A stretch of 64,000 nt of DNA from Candidatus Bathyarchaeota archaeon B24 (GTDB lineage Archaea; Thermoproteota; CALKCG01; B24), in assembly GCA_001593865.1 (NCBI GenBank), contig LUCB01000012.1, positions 2,485 to 66,484 on the forward strand, written 5' to 3'. The notes below the pieces were generated by a model. The model saw only the letters and a program-made list of their open reading frames with translations, was not told the DNA's origin and did no database searches. This document shows, piece after piece, positions 56,060-64,000 of this stretch. Within the stretch, counting starts at the first letter, position 1; every line of letters begins with the position of its first letter. Made by a program: the position numbers and the translations under genes.

Positions 56060-57052
56060 ATGGTTGTCAGAATCGGTTTAATAGGCTGCGGAGGTATAAG
56101 TAGAGAGCACATCTCCGCCTATCTTAAGCTTAAGGGGAAGGCGGAGGTAGTGGCTACGGCGGATTTAGTGGAGGAGAGGGCTATGAACGCGGCTCGAGCC
56201 GTAGGGGCTGAAACCCATTATACAGATTACCGCGACATCCTCAAGAGGCCTGACATCGACGCGGTCGACATATGCTTACCTCATCATCTCCACGCTAAAG
56301 TAGCGGTAGAGGCGGCTGAGGCCGGTAAGCACATACTTTGTGAGAAGCCTATAGCGAGAAGCCTCGAAGAAGCCGATTCGATGATCGACGCCGCTAGACG
56401 ATATGGCGTTAAGCTTATGATAGCCGAGAACTGGCGGTTCCTATCTCAGGTTAACGTCGCTAAACAGGTCGTCGAAAACGGGGAGCTTGGAACGGTGTTC
56501 CTAGTTAAGAGCGACCTCATATCTTTCCCGAGAGACCTGGTCTCGAGCGGTTGGAAGCTCTATGCCGAAAAAGTCGGAGGAGGTGTTTCGATAGACTCGG
56601 GAATCCACAACGTGGACATGGTCAGGTGGGTGATAGGGGAGGTTAAGACCGTGACGGCCTTCACGAATAGGCTTATCAGAACGGAAATAACGGGTGAAGA
56701 CACCGGCTGCATACTGTTTAAACATGTTTCGGACGCCATAAGTGTCTTGGCTCTTACATGGGCTGCTAGGTTCAGCGCCGATAGAGAGTATCCGCTTAAG
56801 ATATACGGTTCAGAAGGTGCCTTTGCATGGTCTGCGTGGGATGGCTACGTGGTCGTTTACAAAGACGGGAAACGTAGAGTGATCGAGACTAAACCGTTCT
56901 CTGAGAGCTTTAAAGCCGAGATAGAGCATTTCGTGACTTGTATAGAGTCTGATAGAACTCCTCTTACATGTGGGGAGGAGGCTAGAAGAGACCTTCAACT
57001 AGTCCTAGCCGCTTACGAATCCGCTAAGACCGGTAAAGCCGTGAAGGTTTAG
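56060..57052 (+). CDS. Gfo/Idh/MocA-family NAD(P)-dependent oxidoreductase (ORF-track start 56000 is probably too early)
   Basis: N-terminal Rossmann motif VRIGLIGCGGISREH and EKP motif (CEKPIA). Confidence 0.8.
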   Translation: MVVRIGLIGCGGISREHISAYLKLKGKAEVVATADLVEERAMNAARAVGAETHYTDYRDILKRPDIDAVDICLPHHLHAKVAVEAAEAGKHILCEKPIARSLEEADSMIDAARRYGVKLMIAENWRFLSQVNVAKQVVENGELGTVFLVKSDLISFPRDLVSSGWKLYAEKVGGGVSIDSGIHNVDMVRWVIGEVKTVTAFTNRLIRTEITGEDTGCILFKHVSDAISVLALTWAARFSADREYPLKIYGSEGAFAWSAWDGYVVVYKDGKRRVIETKPFSESFKAEIEHFVTCIESDRTPLTCGEEARRDLQLVLAAYESAKTGKAVKV

Positions 57053-57111
57053 TTTTGAACGGGAATTTACGGTCAAGATTTATCTACTTCCTCCTATCTT
57101 GTATTTTGTGA

Positions 57112-57555
57112 ATGGTTGTTTTAGAGCCTGCTGGTAGCTTGGTGAAGCGTATAAAGCAGGTGTATGACAGGGATAGGGAGGGCTGGAGGATCTTAGCCGG
57201 TTTAGACGGAGGTGGTCGGCTAGACCTTTACATAGCCTATAGAAACAAGTTATTATGGAAGCTGAAGTCTAAGCCTGTTAATCCCTTCAGCTATCTATCC
57301 GTCGGGGCTGAGGTCAGAGACCTGAATTACGAGATTATCGAGGAGCTTCTGAGAACCGGTAGACCGTTTAGCTTTCAAGCGCTCTTTCCCCAAAACGACG
57401 TCCAATCCATAGTCATGCTGGGTCTAGGCCGGTACATTCAGGAGCGTAAAACCCCGGTCTCGGAATCTGAGCAAAGGCTAGATAGAATTCTCACCGAGAA
57501 GGTCGAAGAACTCTTCAGCAAGATGTATCCTGAGAGGAAAACCCCCTATGTCTAG
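57112..57555 (+). CDS. Hypothetical protein
   Basis: 147-aa ORF with no recognisable motifs. Confidence 0.35.
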   Translation: MVVLEPAGSLVKRIKQVYDRDREGWRILAGLDGGGRLDLYIAYRNKLLWKLKSKPVNPFSYLSVGAEVRDLNYEIIEELLRTGRPFSFQALFPQNDVQSIVMLGLGRYIQERKTPVSESEQRLDRILTEKVEELFSKMYPERKTPYV

Positions 57556-57571
57556 ATCCCTGACATCGTGG

Positions 57572-58252
57572 TCACAGGTTTAGCGTCTTAAAGAAGCTCT
57601 TATACAGGGCTAATTCCTCGAGGAAATTTCTGAGCTCTGTTATCTGCACTATAGGTATTCCCTCGTAAATCCTCGACCTCGGTTTAAACAGAGTTACTAG
57701 AACCGGTAGTATCCACCATCCCTTAGACGGCTTAGGGTCGAGCTTTAGACGTTTCAAAGCTTGTTTAAAGGCTTCGGCTCTGCTAAGCTCCTCCCGGGCC
57801 GCTTTCCTAAGTATGGACCAGTTTTGCCTTAGGTGATGTTTACAGTTCAAGCATAACACGGTAGGCTTCTTCAAAGCCAGTATATCGATCTCCCATCTCC
57901 TACCCATGCTCTTGAACCTGAAGCCCCTGTAAACTATGTATCCGTATGCCTCAAGTATGGACGCCGTAAACCTTTCGAACTCTCTCCAATCTAAGTACCT
58001 CGCCACATAGGATATGTCTGCGCCTAGATTAAGGCATAACACGGCTATCTGAATCCTATCATCCTCCCCTATCCTCACCTTTCCATCCTCAAAGTCGACT
58101 AAGTCTTTAACGCTGGATAAAACGTCTTCAACCACGTCTTTAGGTATGCCTGTTTCTCTGCTTAACCTGCTTAAGCTTAGTTCTTCACCTATCTTTGCTT
58201 TCAGAAAGGCCTTTAGGATTTCGCGTTTGACCATCTGATCCGGATTCCTCAA
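57572..58252 (-). CDS. Winged-helix plus restriction-endonuclease-like (PD-(D/E)xK) domain protein
   Basis: N-terminal HTH-like region; C-terminal WEIDILALKK...CKHH resembles an Mrr/NucS-type catalytic motif. Tentative. Confidence 0.35.
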   Translation of the reverse strand: MRNPDQMVKREILKAFLKAKIGEELSLSRLSRETGIPKDVVEDVLSSVKDLVDFEDGKVRIGEDDRIQIAVLCLNLGADISYVARYLDWREFERFTASILEAYGYIVYRGFRFKSMGRRWEIDILALKKPTVLCLNCKHHLRQNWSILRKAAREELSRAEAFKQALKRLKLDPKPSKGWWILPVLVTLFKPRSRIYEGIPIVQITELRNFLEELALYKSFFKTLNL

Positions 58253-58303
58253 CGGCTAACATATATATGTGAGGTTTTTATAAAATTAGGTATCGAAGTT
58301 GTA

Positions 58304-58753
58304 ATGGAACTTGATAACGTAGACAAGGGGATTTTAAGCTTTCTTCAAGATAACGCCAGGTCTAGCTTCGTGAAGATCGCTAGGAAGATCGGTGTGAGCG
58401 AGGGAACGGTGCATCTGAGGGTTAGAAAGCTCTTAGAAAAAGGGATCATACGCGGTTTCTATGCGATAGTGAACCCTGAGAAGGTGGGCCTAGCTATCAG
58501 GGCTTTCATAGGCCTACAGGCTGAGCCTGCTATGTATGAAAACATCTTGAAGAAGCTGGCCGAGATGGACAGCGTCTACGCGATATACGATGTAACGGGC
58601 GAGTACTCGGCGCTGATAGACGTTAAAGTCAGGAATAAGGAAGAGCTCACCAAGGTCATAGACTTGGTCGGCTCTATACCCGGCGTCAAAACCACCGTGA
58701 CCATGCTGGTTTTAAGGGTTATAAAGGAGAAGTTTAAGGTCGAAATACCGTAA
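58304..58753 (+). CDS. lrp: Lrp/AsnC-family transcriptional regulator
   Basis: N-terminal HTH (DKGILSFLQDNARSSFVKIARKIGVSEGTVHLRVRKL) and C-terminal RAM domain; 149 aa. Confidence 0.85.
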   Translation: MELDNVDKGILSFLQDNARSSFVKIARKIGVSEGTVHLRVRKLLEKGIIRGFYAIVNPEKVGLAIRAFIGLQAEPAMYENILKKLAEMDSVYAIYDVTGEYSALIDVKVRNKEELTKVIDLVGSIPGVKTTVTMLVLRVIKEKFKVEIP

Positions 58754-58804
58754 AAGATAGTGTTTCAAAAAAGTACATTATATACGATAGATTCTCCATG
58801 TAGG

Positions 58805-60364
58805 TTAGCCTCTAGGCCATGTAACCGTCTTCACAGGCTCAGGTAGTTTACCAAGCCTACGTCTGATTTCGCCGGGCCAGTCGTCTGGATTAAAGCCTTT
58901 TTGAGCTAGGAAAGCCGTTATCCACCGGGTCATCCCGAATCCTGCACATCCTGTCCATACATCCCTTCCTTTAGCCTCCTTAACCCTGAAGCTTTTCACA
59001 TACTTATCCCTGTGGCATGAGTATGCTCCTATCTCAAGCCATTCAGAATCCTCTCTAGAACCCCTATAGGGTAACCAGGCTTCCAAGTCTAGAGTAGGCA
59101 CCCTCTCGCTGCTGGATATGTCTACCTGCGTCTTAGCGGCTTCGTCGCCGCTCATGTAGAAGGGTGCCCCGACGACCATCCTGACCTCTAAGTCTAGAAT
59201 CTTGTCGGCGAACTCCATAGACCTATAGGCCACCTCATCCCTGATCCTAGCCGCCTCCTTAGGTTCAGCCATCCAGACCGCTTCCAGCCTGAAGAACTCT
59301 ATAGTCCTCTCAAGCCCCCTTGTGGCTTTGCCTTCCCACCTCCAGGTCCATCCGCTTCTGTCGAATATTTTAACCGGTAAGTCGTCCAGGTTGACTATTT
59401 CACCCGAGAAGAACTGGTAGAACGGTGTGCACTGGGCAGGTTCAAGCACATAGCCTGGTCCGCCGACCTCCCTCCTCAGAGACTCCAGGTCGAGTTCGCC
59501 TGTGAGCGCAAACCTACGTTTGAAATCCTTCAAAGCCTCCTCTTCGCGCTCGGGTGTAAAAGCGTAAATCATGCCCTCGGCGAGTTTGTCAAAGTAACCG
59601 GGCATTCTAGCCATAACGGTCATGGGTGTGAGCTTAGGAAGCATCCACTCCTCGAAGCCCATAGGCCTGAGGATACGCTCGATGATCATATCGGTCAAAC
59701 ACCTGAGTAACGCCGTGGTCGGAGCGGCTAGTATCCACTGCCCCCTACCCGGATACCTCTTAGCCCATCCAAGTCTCTCGGCCCACTCAGAAACCTCACC
59801 GTCGAATTTAACTTCTTTTCTAGGCGATCGTTTCAAGACGTAGCCCATCGGGACGTAATGAGGCTTCTCGGTCTCCTTAACCACGGCTTCTACGGGTACT
59901 ATTTTTCTCAAAACCCTATCTACGATGCCTTTCTCCAAGTCTCTACCACTGAGCTCCTTGAAGACCACCATGTAGCCCCCGCTTTCTAAGACATGAACCT
60001 CAGCTAACCCCTCCAAAAGTCTTCTAGCCTCCTCCGCCGACATAGTTAGCCTATCGAGATACACCTTAACCTCTTCGGCTTTCAAACCTCTAACGCCTAA
60101 CCTATAACGGCCAAGCCTCTGAGACAGGAAGCTTCTAACCCTCAATAGGGCCGAATGCGCCCTGACGGCTTTACCCGACTCTATGGTCAGAAGCAACCTA
60201 TTTCCGTCGACGACCCATTCAGATATCCTAGCTCCATCCTCGGGTTTCTTCGCACCTCTAATGAGCAGATCCCTGTTAAGCTCCTCGACCCAAGAGGCTA
60301 AACGCTCCTTCAGCTCTTCTAGGCTTCCGCTCGCTCGTAACTCGCCTTTAAGCTTAAACTCCAT
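58805..60364 (-). CDS. Class II aminoacyl-tRNA synthetase, atypical 'methanogen-type' seryl-tRNA synthetase-like
   Basis: Motif 2-like FFRLEAVWMA and motif 3-like GCAGFGMTRWITAFL. The N-terminal about 170 aa is an alpha/beta domain (not the canonical SerRS coiled coil) resembling the methanogen-type SerRS tRNA-binding domain. Confidence 0.45.
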   Translation of the reverse strand: MEFKLKGELRASGSLEELKERLASWVEELNRDLLIRGAKKPEDGARISEWVVDGNRLLLTIESGKAVRAHSALLRVRSFLSQRLGRYRLGVRGLKAEEVKVYLDRLTMSAEEARRLLEGLAEVHVLESGGYMVVFKELSGRDLEKGIVDRVLRKIVPVEAVVKETEKPHYVPMGYVLKRSPRKEVKFDGEVSEWAERLGWAKRYPGRGQWILAAPTTALLRCLTDMIIERILRPMGFEEWMLPKLTPMTVMARMPGYFDKLAEGMIYAFTPEREEEALKDFKRRFALTGELDLESLRREVGGPGYVLEPAQCTPFYQFFSGEIVNLDDLPVKIFDRSGWTWRWEGKATRGLERTIEFFRLEAVWMAEPKEAARIRDEVAYRSMEFADKILDLEVRMVVGAPFYMSGDEAAKTQVDISSSERVPTLDLEAWLPYRGSREDSEWLEIGAYSCHRDKYVKSFRVKEAKGRDVWTGCAGFGMTRWITAFLAQKGFNPDDWPGEIRRRLGKLPEPVKTVTWPRG

Positions 60365-60465
60365 GACTTCAAACTCCTCCAGGTGTACCAGCTTAACGGA
60401 GATCTGCTAGACTATTTAAACGTATTAATCTTTTGGAGGAGAGCTTTTAAGCCCGGTCTTTAGCT

Positions 60466-61236
60466 ATGATCGTGAACCTCATGGTTGTCGAACTACACAT
60501 ATACGGTTTGGAGGGAATCCCGGAGGTTAAGCCAGGAGACGATCTGGCGACTCTTATAATCGAAGCCGCCGACAGGGAAGGTATAGGTCTGATGGACGGC
60601 GACGTGGTCGTGGTTTCCCAGAAAGTCGTCTCCAAAGCCGAGGGTAGGGTCGTTCGTCTAGACACCGTTCAGCCGTCTAGGTTCGCCTTAAACCTCGCGG
60701 AGGCCGAGGGGAAAGACCCTAGACTTGTAGAGCTGATCCTCAGGGAGGCTAAACGCATAGTCAAAGCCAGGGATGGGCATATAATCACCGAGACCCTTCA
60801 CGGCTTCGTATGCGCAAACTCAGGCGTAGACCGGTCTAACATCCCAGGTGAGGACGTGGTCTCACTACTACCGGTAGACCCTGACGAGTCTGCAAGAAGG
60901 ATCCGAGACCGCATCAGAGAGATCAAAGGTGTAGATGTGGCGGTCGTGGTGACCGATACTTTCGGTAGAGCGTGGCGTGTCGGCCAGGTAAACTTCGCCA
61001 TAGGGGTGTCTGGGATGAAACCGTTGATAGACTACAGAGGTGTCCTCGACGCGTATGGCTACGTGCTTAAAGCCACTTCTATAGCGGTCGCAGACGAGGT
61101 CGCGGCGGCCGCCGAGCTCGTCATGGGTAAGGTCTCGAGGATACCGGTGGCCGTGGTGAGGGGTTTGAGGTTTATCCGAGGCGAAGGCTCGGCGAGAGAG
61201 CTTGTGAGACCGATAAAGAGAGACCTCTTCCGCTAG
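60466..61236 (+). CDS. cofE: Coenzyme F420-0:L-glutamate ligase (CofE family)
   Basis: VTDTFGRAWRVGQVNFAIGVSG and the overall CofE pattern; about 250 aa. Confidence 0.65.
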   Translation: MIVNLMVVELHIYGLEGIPEVKPGDDLATLIIEAADREGIGLMDGDVVVVSQKVVSKAEGRVVRLDTVQPSRFALNLAEAEGKDPRLVELILREAKRIVKARDGHIITETLHGFVCANSGVDRSNIPGEDVVSLLPVDPDESARRIRDRIREIKGVDVAVVVTDTFGRAWRVGQVNFAIGVSGMKPLIDYRGVLDAYGYVLKATSIAVADEVAAAAELVMGKVSRIPVAVVRGLRFIRGEGSARELVRPIKRDLFR

Positions 61237-62117
61237 CTTCTAACCCTCGAAGCCACGTAATCCACTATCTCCATGGCTATATCCACGTTTGTAACGGTCT
61301 GAAGCCCCCTCCAATCCGGCTGGCTGTTAACCTCGTTCACGTAGAAGCTTCCTTCGGGGTCGACGAGCATATCCACCCCCGCGACCTCGCATCCCAACAC
61401 CCTACAAGCCTTAACGGCCGTTTCCTCCATATCGCCCTGCAACCTACACGGCTCAGGTCTTCCCCCCTGAGCTATGTTCGTTCTCCAGGAGACCCCTACC
61501 CTACGCATAGACGCTATAACCCGGTCGCCGACGACGAAAGCCCGGATGTCTTCTCTGGCGTGGGGTATGTACTCCTGCATATAGACTACGCTATGGTGGT
61601 AGCTTAAGACCCTAGCGAGCCTATACAATATGTGGCGGCTTCTAACCCTCGTCATACCGGTCCCCCTCGAGCCGAATATCGGTTTAAGGACGACTCTCCC
61701 GTTTAACCGTTCGAAGGCTTCTACGCTGGCCCTAGGGTTTTCGCTGACGACCGTCTTAGGAACAGGTATACCCTCTCTTTCGAGTAGAAAGAGTGTCAGA
61801 TACTTGTCTACAGCCCTTTCTATTGCTTCAGCCCTATTAACGACGTAGACCCCGAGGCTCTCCATCGCTCTGAGCAGGTCTGTTCTGAAGATTATCTCCT
61901 CTAATGAGCCTCTGCTTATCGGTCTGACTATGACTGCGTCGAGGCTTTCCACAGGCTCCCCTCTGAAGCAGAGCTTGGGTTTAAACCCGACATAGGCGAC
62001 CAGGTCTCTAAAGCTGAAGCACGCGAACCTATAGCCCCTACGGTTGATCGCCTGCTTAAGCTTGAGGCTACACCAAGAATACTCGTTTCTAGTCAATATT
62101 CCTATTCTCAAATCCAC
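61233..62117 (-). CDS. RimK-family ATP-grasp ligase (CofF/MptN/LysX-type alpha-L-glutamate ligase)
   Basis: ATP-grasp fold with the RimK-like pattern (VVLKPIFGSRGTGM, EYIPHAREDIRAFVVGDRV); convergent with and adjacent to cofE. Confidence 0.65.
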   Translation of the reverse strand: MDLRIGILTRNEYSWCSLKLKQAINRRGYRFACFSFRDLVAYVGFKPKLCFRGEPVESLDAVIVRPISRGSLEEIIFRTDLLRAMESLGVYVVNRAEAIERAVDKYLTLFLLEREGIPVPKTVVSENPRASVEAFERLNGRVVLKPIFGSRGTGMTRVRSRHILYRLARVLSYHHSVVYMQEYIPHAREDIRAFVVGDRVIASMRRVGVSWRTNIAQGGRPEPCRLQGDMEETAVKACRVLGCEVAGVDMLVDPEGSFYVNEVNSQPDWRGLQTVTNVDIAMEIVDYVASRVRS

Positions 62118-62224
62118 TCTCCTCTAAAGATGAAGCTAGAGACATTAATCTTATACGGTTTTACCTCAAATTCGACCGTTAGGCTTTAAATACCTTAAGC
62201 CTCCAATTTATACCTCAGATTCCC

Positions 62225-62926
62225 ATGGAATGGTCTGTAGAATGTAAGCCTGCGTATTCGCTGTTGAGGATAACCTTAGAACCCGGAGAAGAGGTCACCT
62301 CCGAGGCAGGCGCGATGCTTCTCTTCAAGGGTGACGTAGACATAAAAACCCACACGGGTGGAGGGCTCGTTAAGGGTCTCCTGAGGGGAGTACTTGGTAC
62401 TGAATCGATCTTTCTGAACTCCTACATAGCTAGAAACCGTTCAGAACTATGGCTTGCACCAGCGACCCCAGGGGATATCCACTACATCCCTCTATCCGGG
62501 GAGACTTATGTTGTCCAAGACTCGTCATATCTCGCCCACCACGGTGACGTAGACATCGGAGTCGCTTGGAGAGGGTTTAGGGGGCTCATAGCCGAGGGCG
62601 AGGTTTTCTGGCTTAAACTAGAGGGAATCGGAGGTGTATGGGTTAACGCGTATGGCGGCTTAGAGGAGATCAAGCTGGCTGATGGCGAAAGGGTCACGGT
62701 CGACAACCTACACTTCGTAGCCATGAAGGGTGATATGGACTGGAGGGTTAGGAAGTTTGGGGGCTGGAAGAGCTTCCTATTAGGCGGCGAAGGGTTCGTT
62801 CTCGAGGTTAAGGGTCCTGGAAAGCTCCTCATCCAGACGAGAGCTCTCCCACCGTTTGCAAGGCTCATAGCTAAATTCACCCCTAGCCGAAGGTCGGGTG
62901 GTTTTAGGCTGAGCTTCGGGACGTAG
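62225..62926 (+). CDS. AIM24/DUF124 (TIGR00266) family protein
   Basis: Beta-rich repeat pattern characteristic of AIM24-family proteins; 233 aa. Confidence 0.65.
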   Translation: MEWSVECKPAYSLLRITLEPGEEVTSEAGAMLLFKGDVDIKTHTGGGLVKGLLRGVLGTESIFLNSYIARNRSELWLAPATPGDIHYIPLSGETYVVQDSSYLAHHGDVDIGVAWRGFRGLIAEGEVFWLKLEGIGGVWVNAYGGLEEIKLADGERVTVDNLHFVAMKGDMDWRVRKFGGWKSFLLGGEGFVLEVKGPGKLLIQTRALPPFARLIAKFTPSRRSGGFRLSFGT

Positions 62927-63003
62927 GGTGTGAGCCCACCCCTCCGCCCTGCAGAGGTTAAGGGTTAAGCTTAACAGCTTAGCATTCAAATACGATCGAA
63001 TGT

Positions 63004-64000
63004 ATGATGTTAGATGAGTTACTCTCCAAGCTCAAACGTTACACCAAGGCTATCTCCCTTAAGTCTGAAAATGGCTCCATAATAGTGACTGAGTATGGGG
63101 GCAGGGTCTTAGCCGTATCGATAGGGGAGTCTCCGAATCTACTGTGGGTTAATCCGAACCTAGAAACTGTAATGGAGCGAAGAGAGTTTAACATCGGCGG
63201 CTTGAGGGTCTGGGTTGCTCCCGAGAGAAACTTCTTCTACGAGAACCCATGGAAGTTCGAGGGCTGGTTTTGCCCGTCGGAGCTAGACCCGGGAGGTTTT
63301 AGGGTGGTAGAGCTCACCGGCTCCACGGTGGCGTTAGAGTCCAAGTTTAAGCTGAGAGACCTTCTAAACATCGAAACGTTAAACATGACCATCCGGAGAG
63401 ACATCCTTCTGGAGGACCTTGACGGTGGGTTGAGCGTCCACGTCAGAGAGTCGCTTATCGCGTCTGGGTTCGATAAGAGCAGGGTCTGTCTCTGGGCTCT
63501 GGCTCAAGTCTACCCGGGTTACGGCGGCGAGGGTACGGTGGTCATACCGGTTAAACCTGGGGCAGAGCCCCTACACTACTTCGGGGAGATCCCTGCGGAT
63601 AGGTTGAAGGCTACCGGTAGCCACGTAGCCTTCCGTATAGACGGCGAGTACATATGCAAGCTAGGTGTCAAGCCGGAAGACCTCAGGCTTAGGGGATGGG
63701 CTTCGATAGGATATATCGCTAAAGCACCGTGGAACCCAGGCTTGGGGCTTCTACTCGTCATGGAGACCTGTTGTGCTCCCAGGTTTCAAGGCGAGTGCCT
63801 AGACCCGTCTAAGGCGAACCCTGAAGGCCCTAAAGCCGCGGTTCAATCCTACAACTCTGGCCCAAACGAGGAACACCTTAGGTTCGGGGAGATAGAGCTT
63901 CAGTTCCCCGCGGCTGCGATAGCCGACGGCGTCCAGTTCTCGACCATAGCTTACACGTTGAAGGCCTACTTAACTACCTACGAGGAATCCTTGGAGAAGC
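63004..64000 (+). CDS. Hypothetical protein, 3' end outside the window (open reading frame continues past 64000)
   Basis: An uninterrupted frame runs from ATG 63004 to the window edge (MMLDELLSKLKRYTKAISL...). No family assigned. Confidence 0.4.
   Translation, partial: MMLDELLSKLKRYTKAISLKSENGSIIVTEYGGRVLAVSIGESPNLLWVNPNLETVMERREFNIGGLRVWVAPERNFFYENPWKFEGWFCPSELDPGGFRVVELTGSTVALESKFKLRDLLNIETLNMTIRRDILLEDLDGGLSVHVRESLIASGFDKSRVCLWALAQVYPGYGGEGTVVIPVKPGAEPLHYFGEIPADRLKATGSHVAFRIDGEYICKLGVKPEDLRLRGWASIGYIAKAPWNPGLGLLLVMETCCAPRFQGECLDPSKANPEGPKAAVQSYNSGPNEEHLRFGEIELQFPAAAIADGVQFSTIAYTLKAYLTTYEESLEK

Noticed and set aside
1-64000. CRISPR arrays, IS elements or integrase-bounded mobile elements
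   Set aside because: No regularly spaced direct repeats, transposase/integrase ORFs, or terminal inverted repeats were seen. Only the small AT-rich islets noted above were found.

Overview
The window is an archaeal chromosomal segment, GC-rich overall with a few conspicuously AT-rich islets. It is dense with informational genes: glyS, SRP54, aEF-2, L21e, L10e, RNAP subunits Rpo4, Rpo11 and Rpo12, TFS, exosome Csl4, KsgA and Dph2. RNA-modification genes include TiaS, EndA, Pus10 and a Trm14-like THUMP methyltransferase. It also carries two intron-less tRNAs (Ala-TGC, Arg-GCG), a stand-alone 5S rRNA, an HMG-CoA reductase, a complete fwdDBAC (formylmethanofuran dehydrogenase) operon, and a CofE plus RimK-type ligase pair. 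Gene content and order (stand-alone 5S, TiaS, Snf7-like protein, leaderless TATA-proximal starts) fit a crenarchaeal/TACK-type lineage.

The observations most worth a second look are:
- an in-frame TGA inside a 27-nt insertion in the conserved N-terminus of the essential aEF-2 gene;
- a non-canonical ESCRT-III(Snf7)-like, long coiled-coil, DUF373 membrane-protein operon preceded by a palindromic operator-like motif;
- fwdDBAC, F420/H4MPT-type cofactor ligases and a methanogen-type seryl-tRNA-synthetase-like gene in an otherwise crenarchaeal-looking context;
- an AT-rich islet carrying a KNTase-like NTase/HEPN-like fusion beside a HEPN-MNT pair;
- an unlisted rpoP gene, two box C/D sRNA candidates, and a radical-SAM/SPASM gene broken by a T5 homopolymer frameshift.
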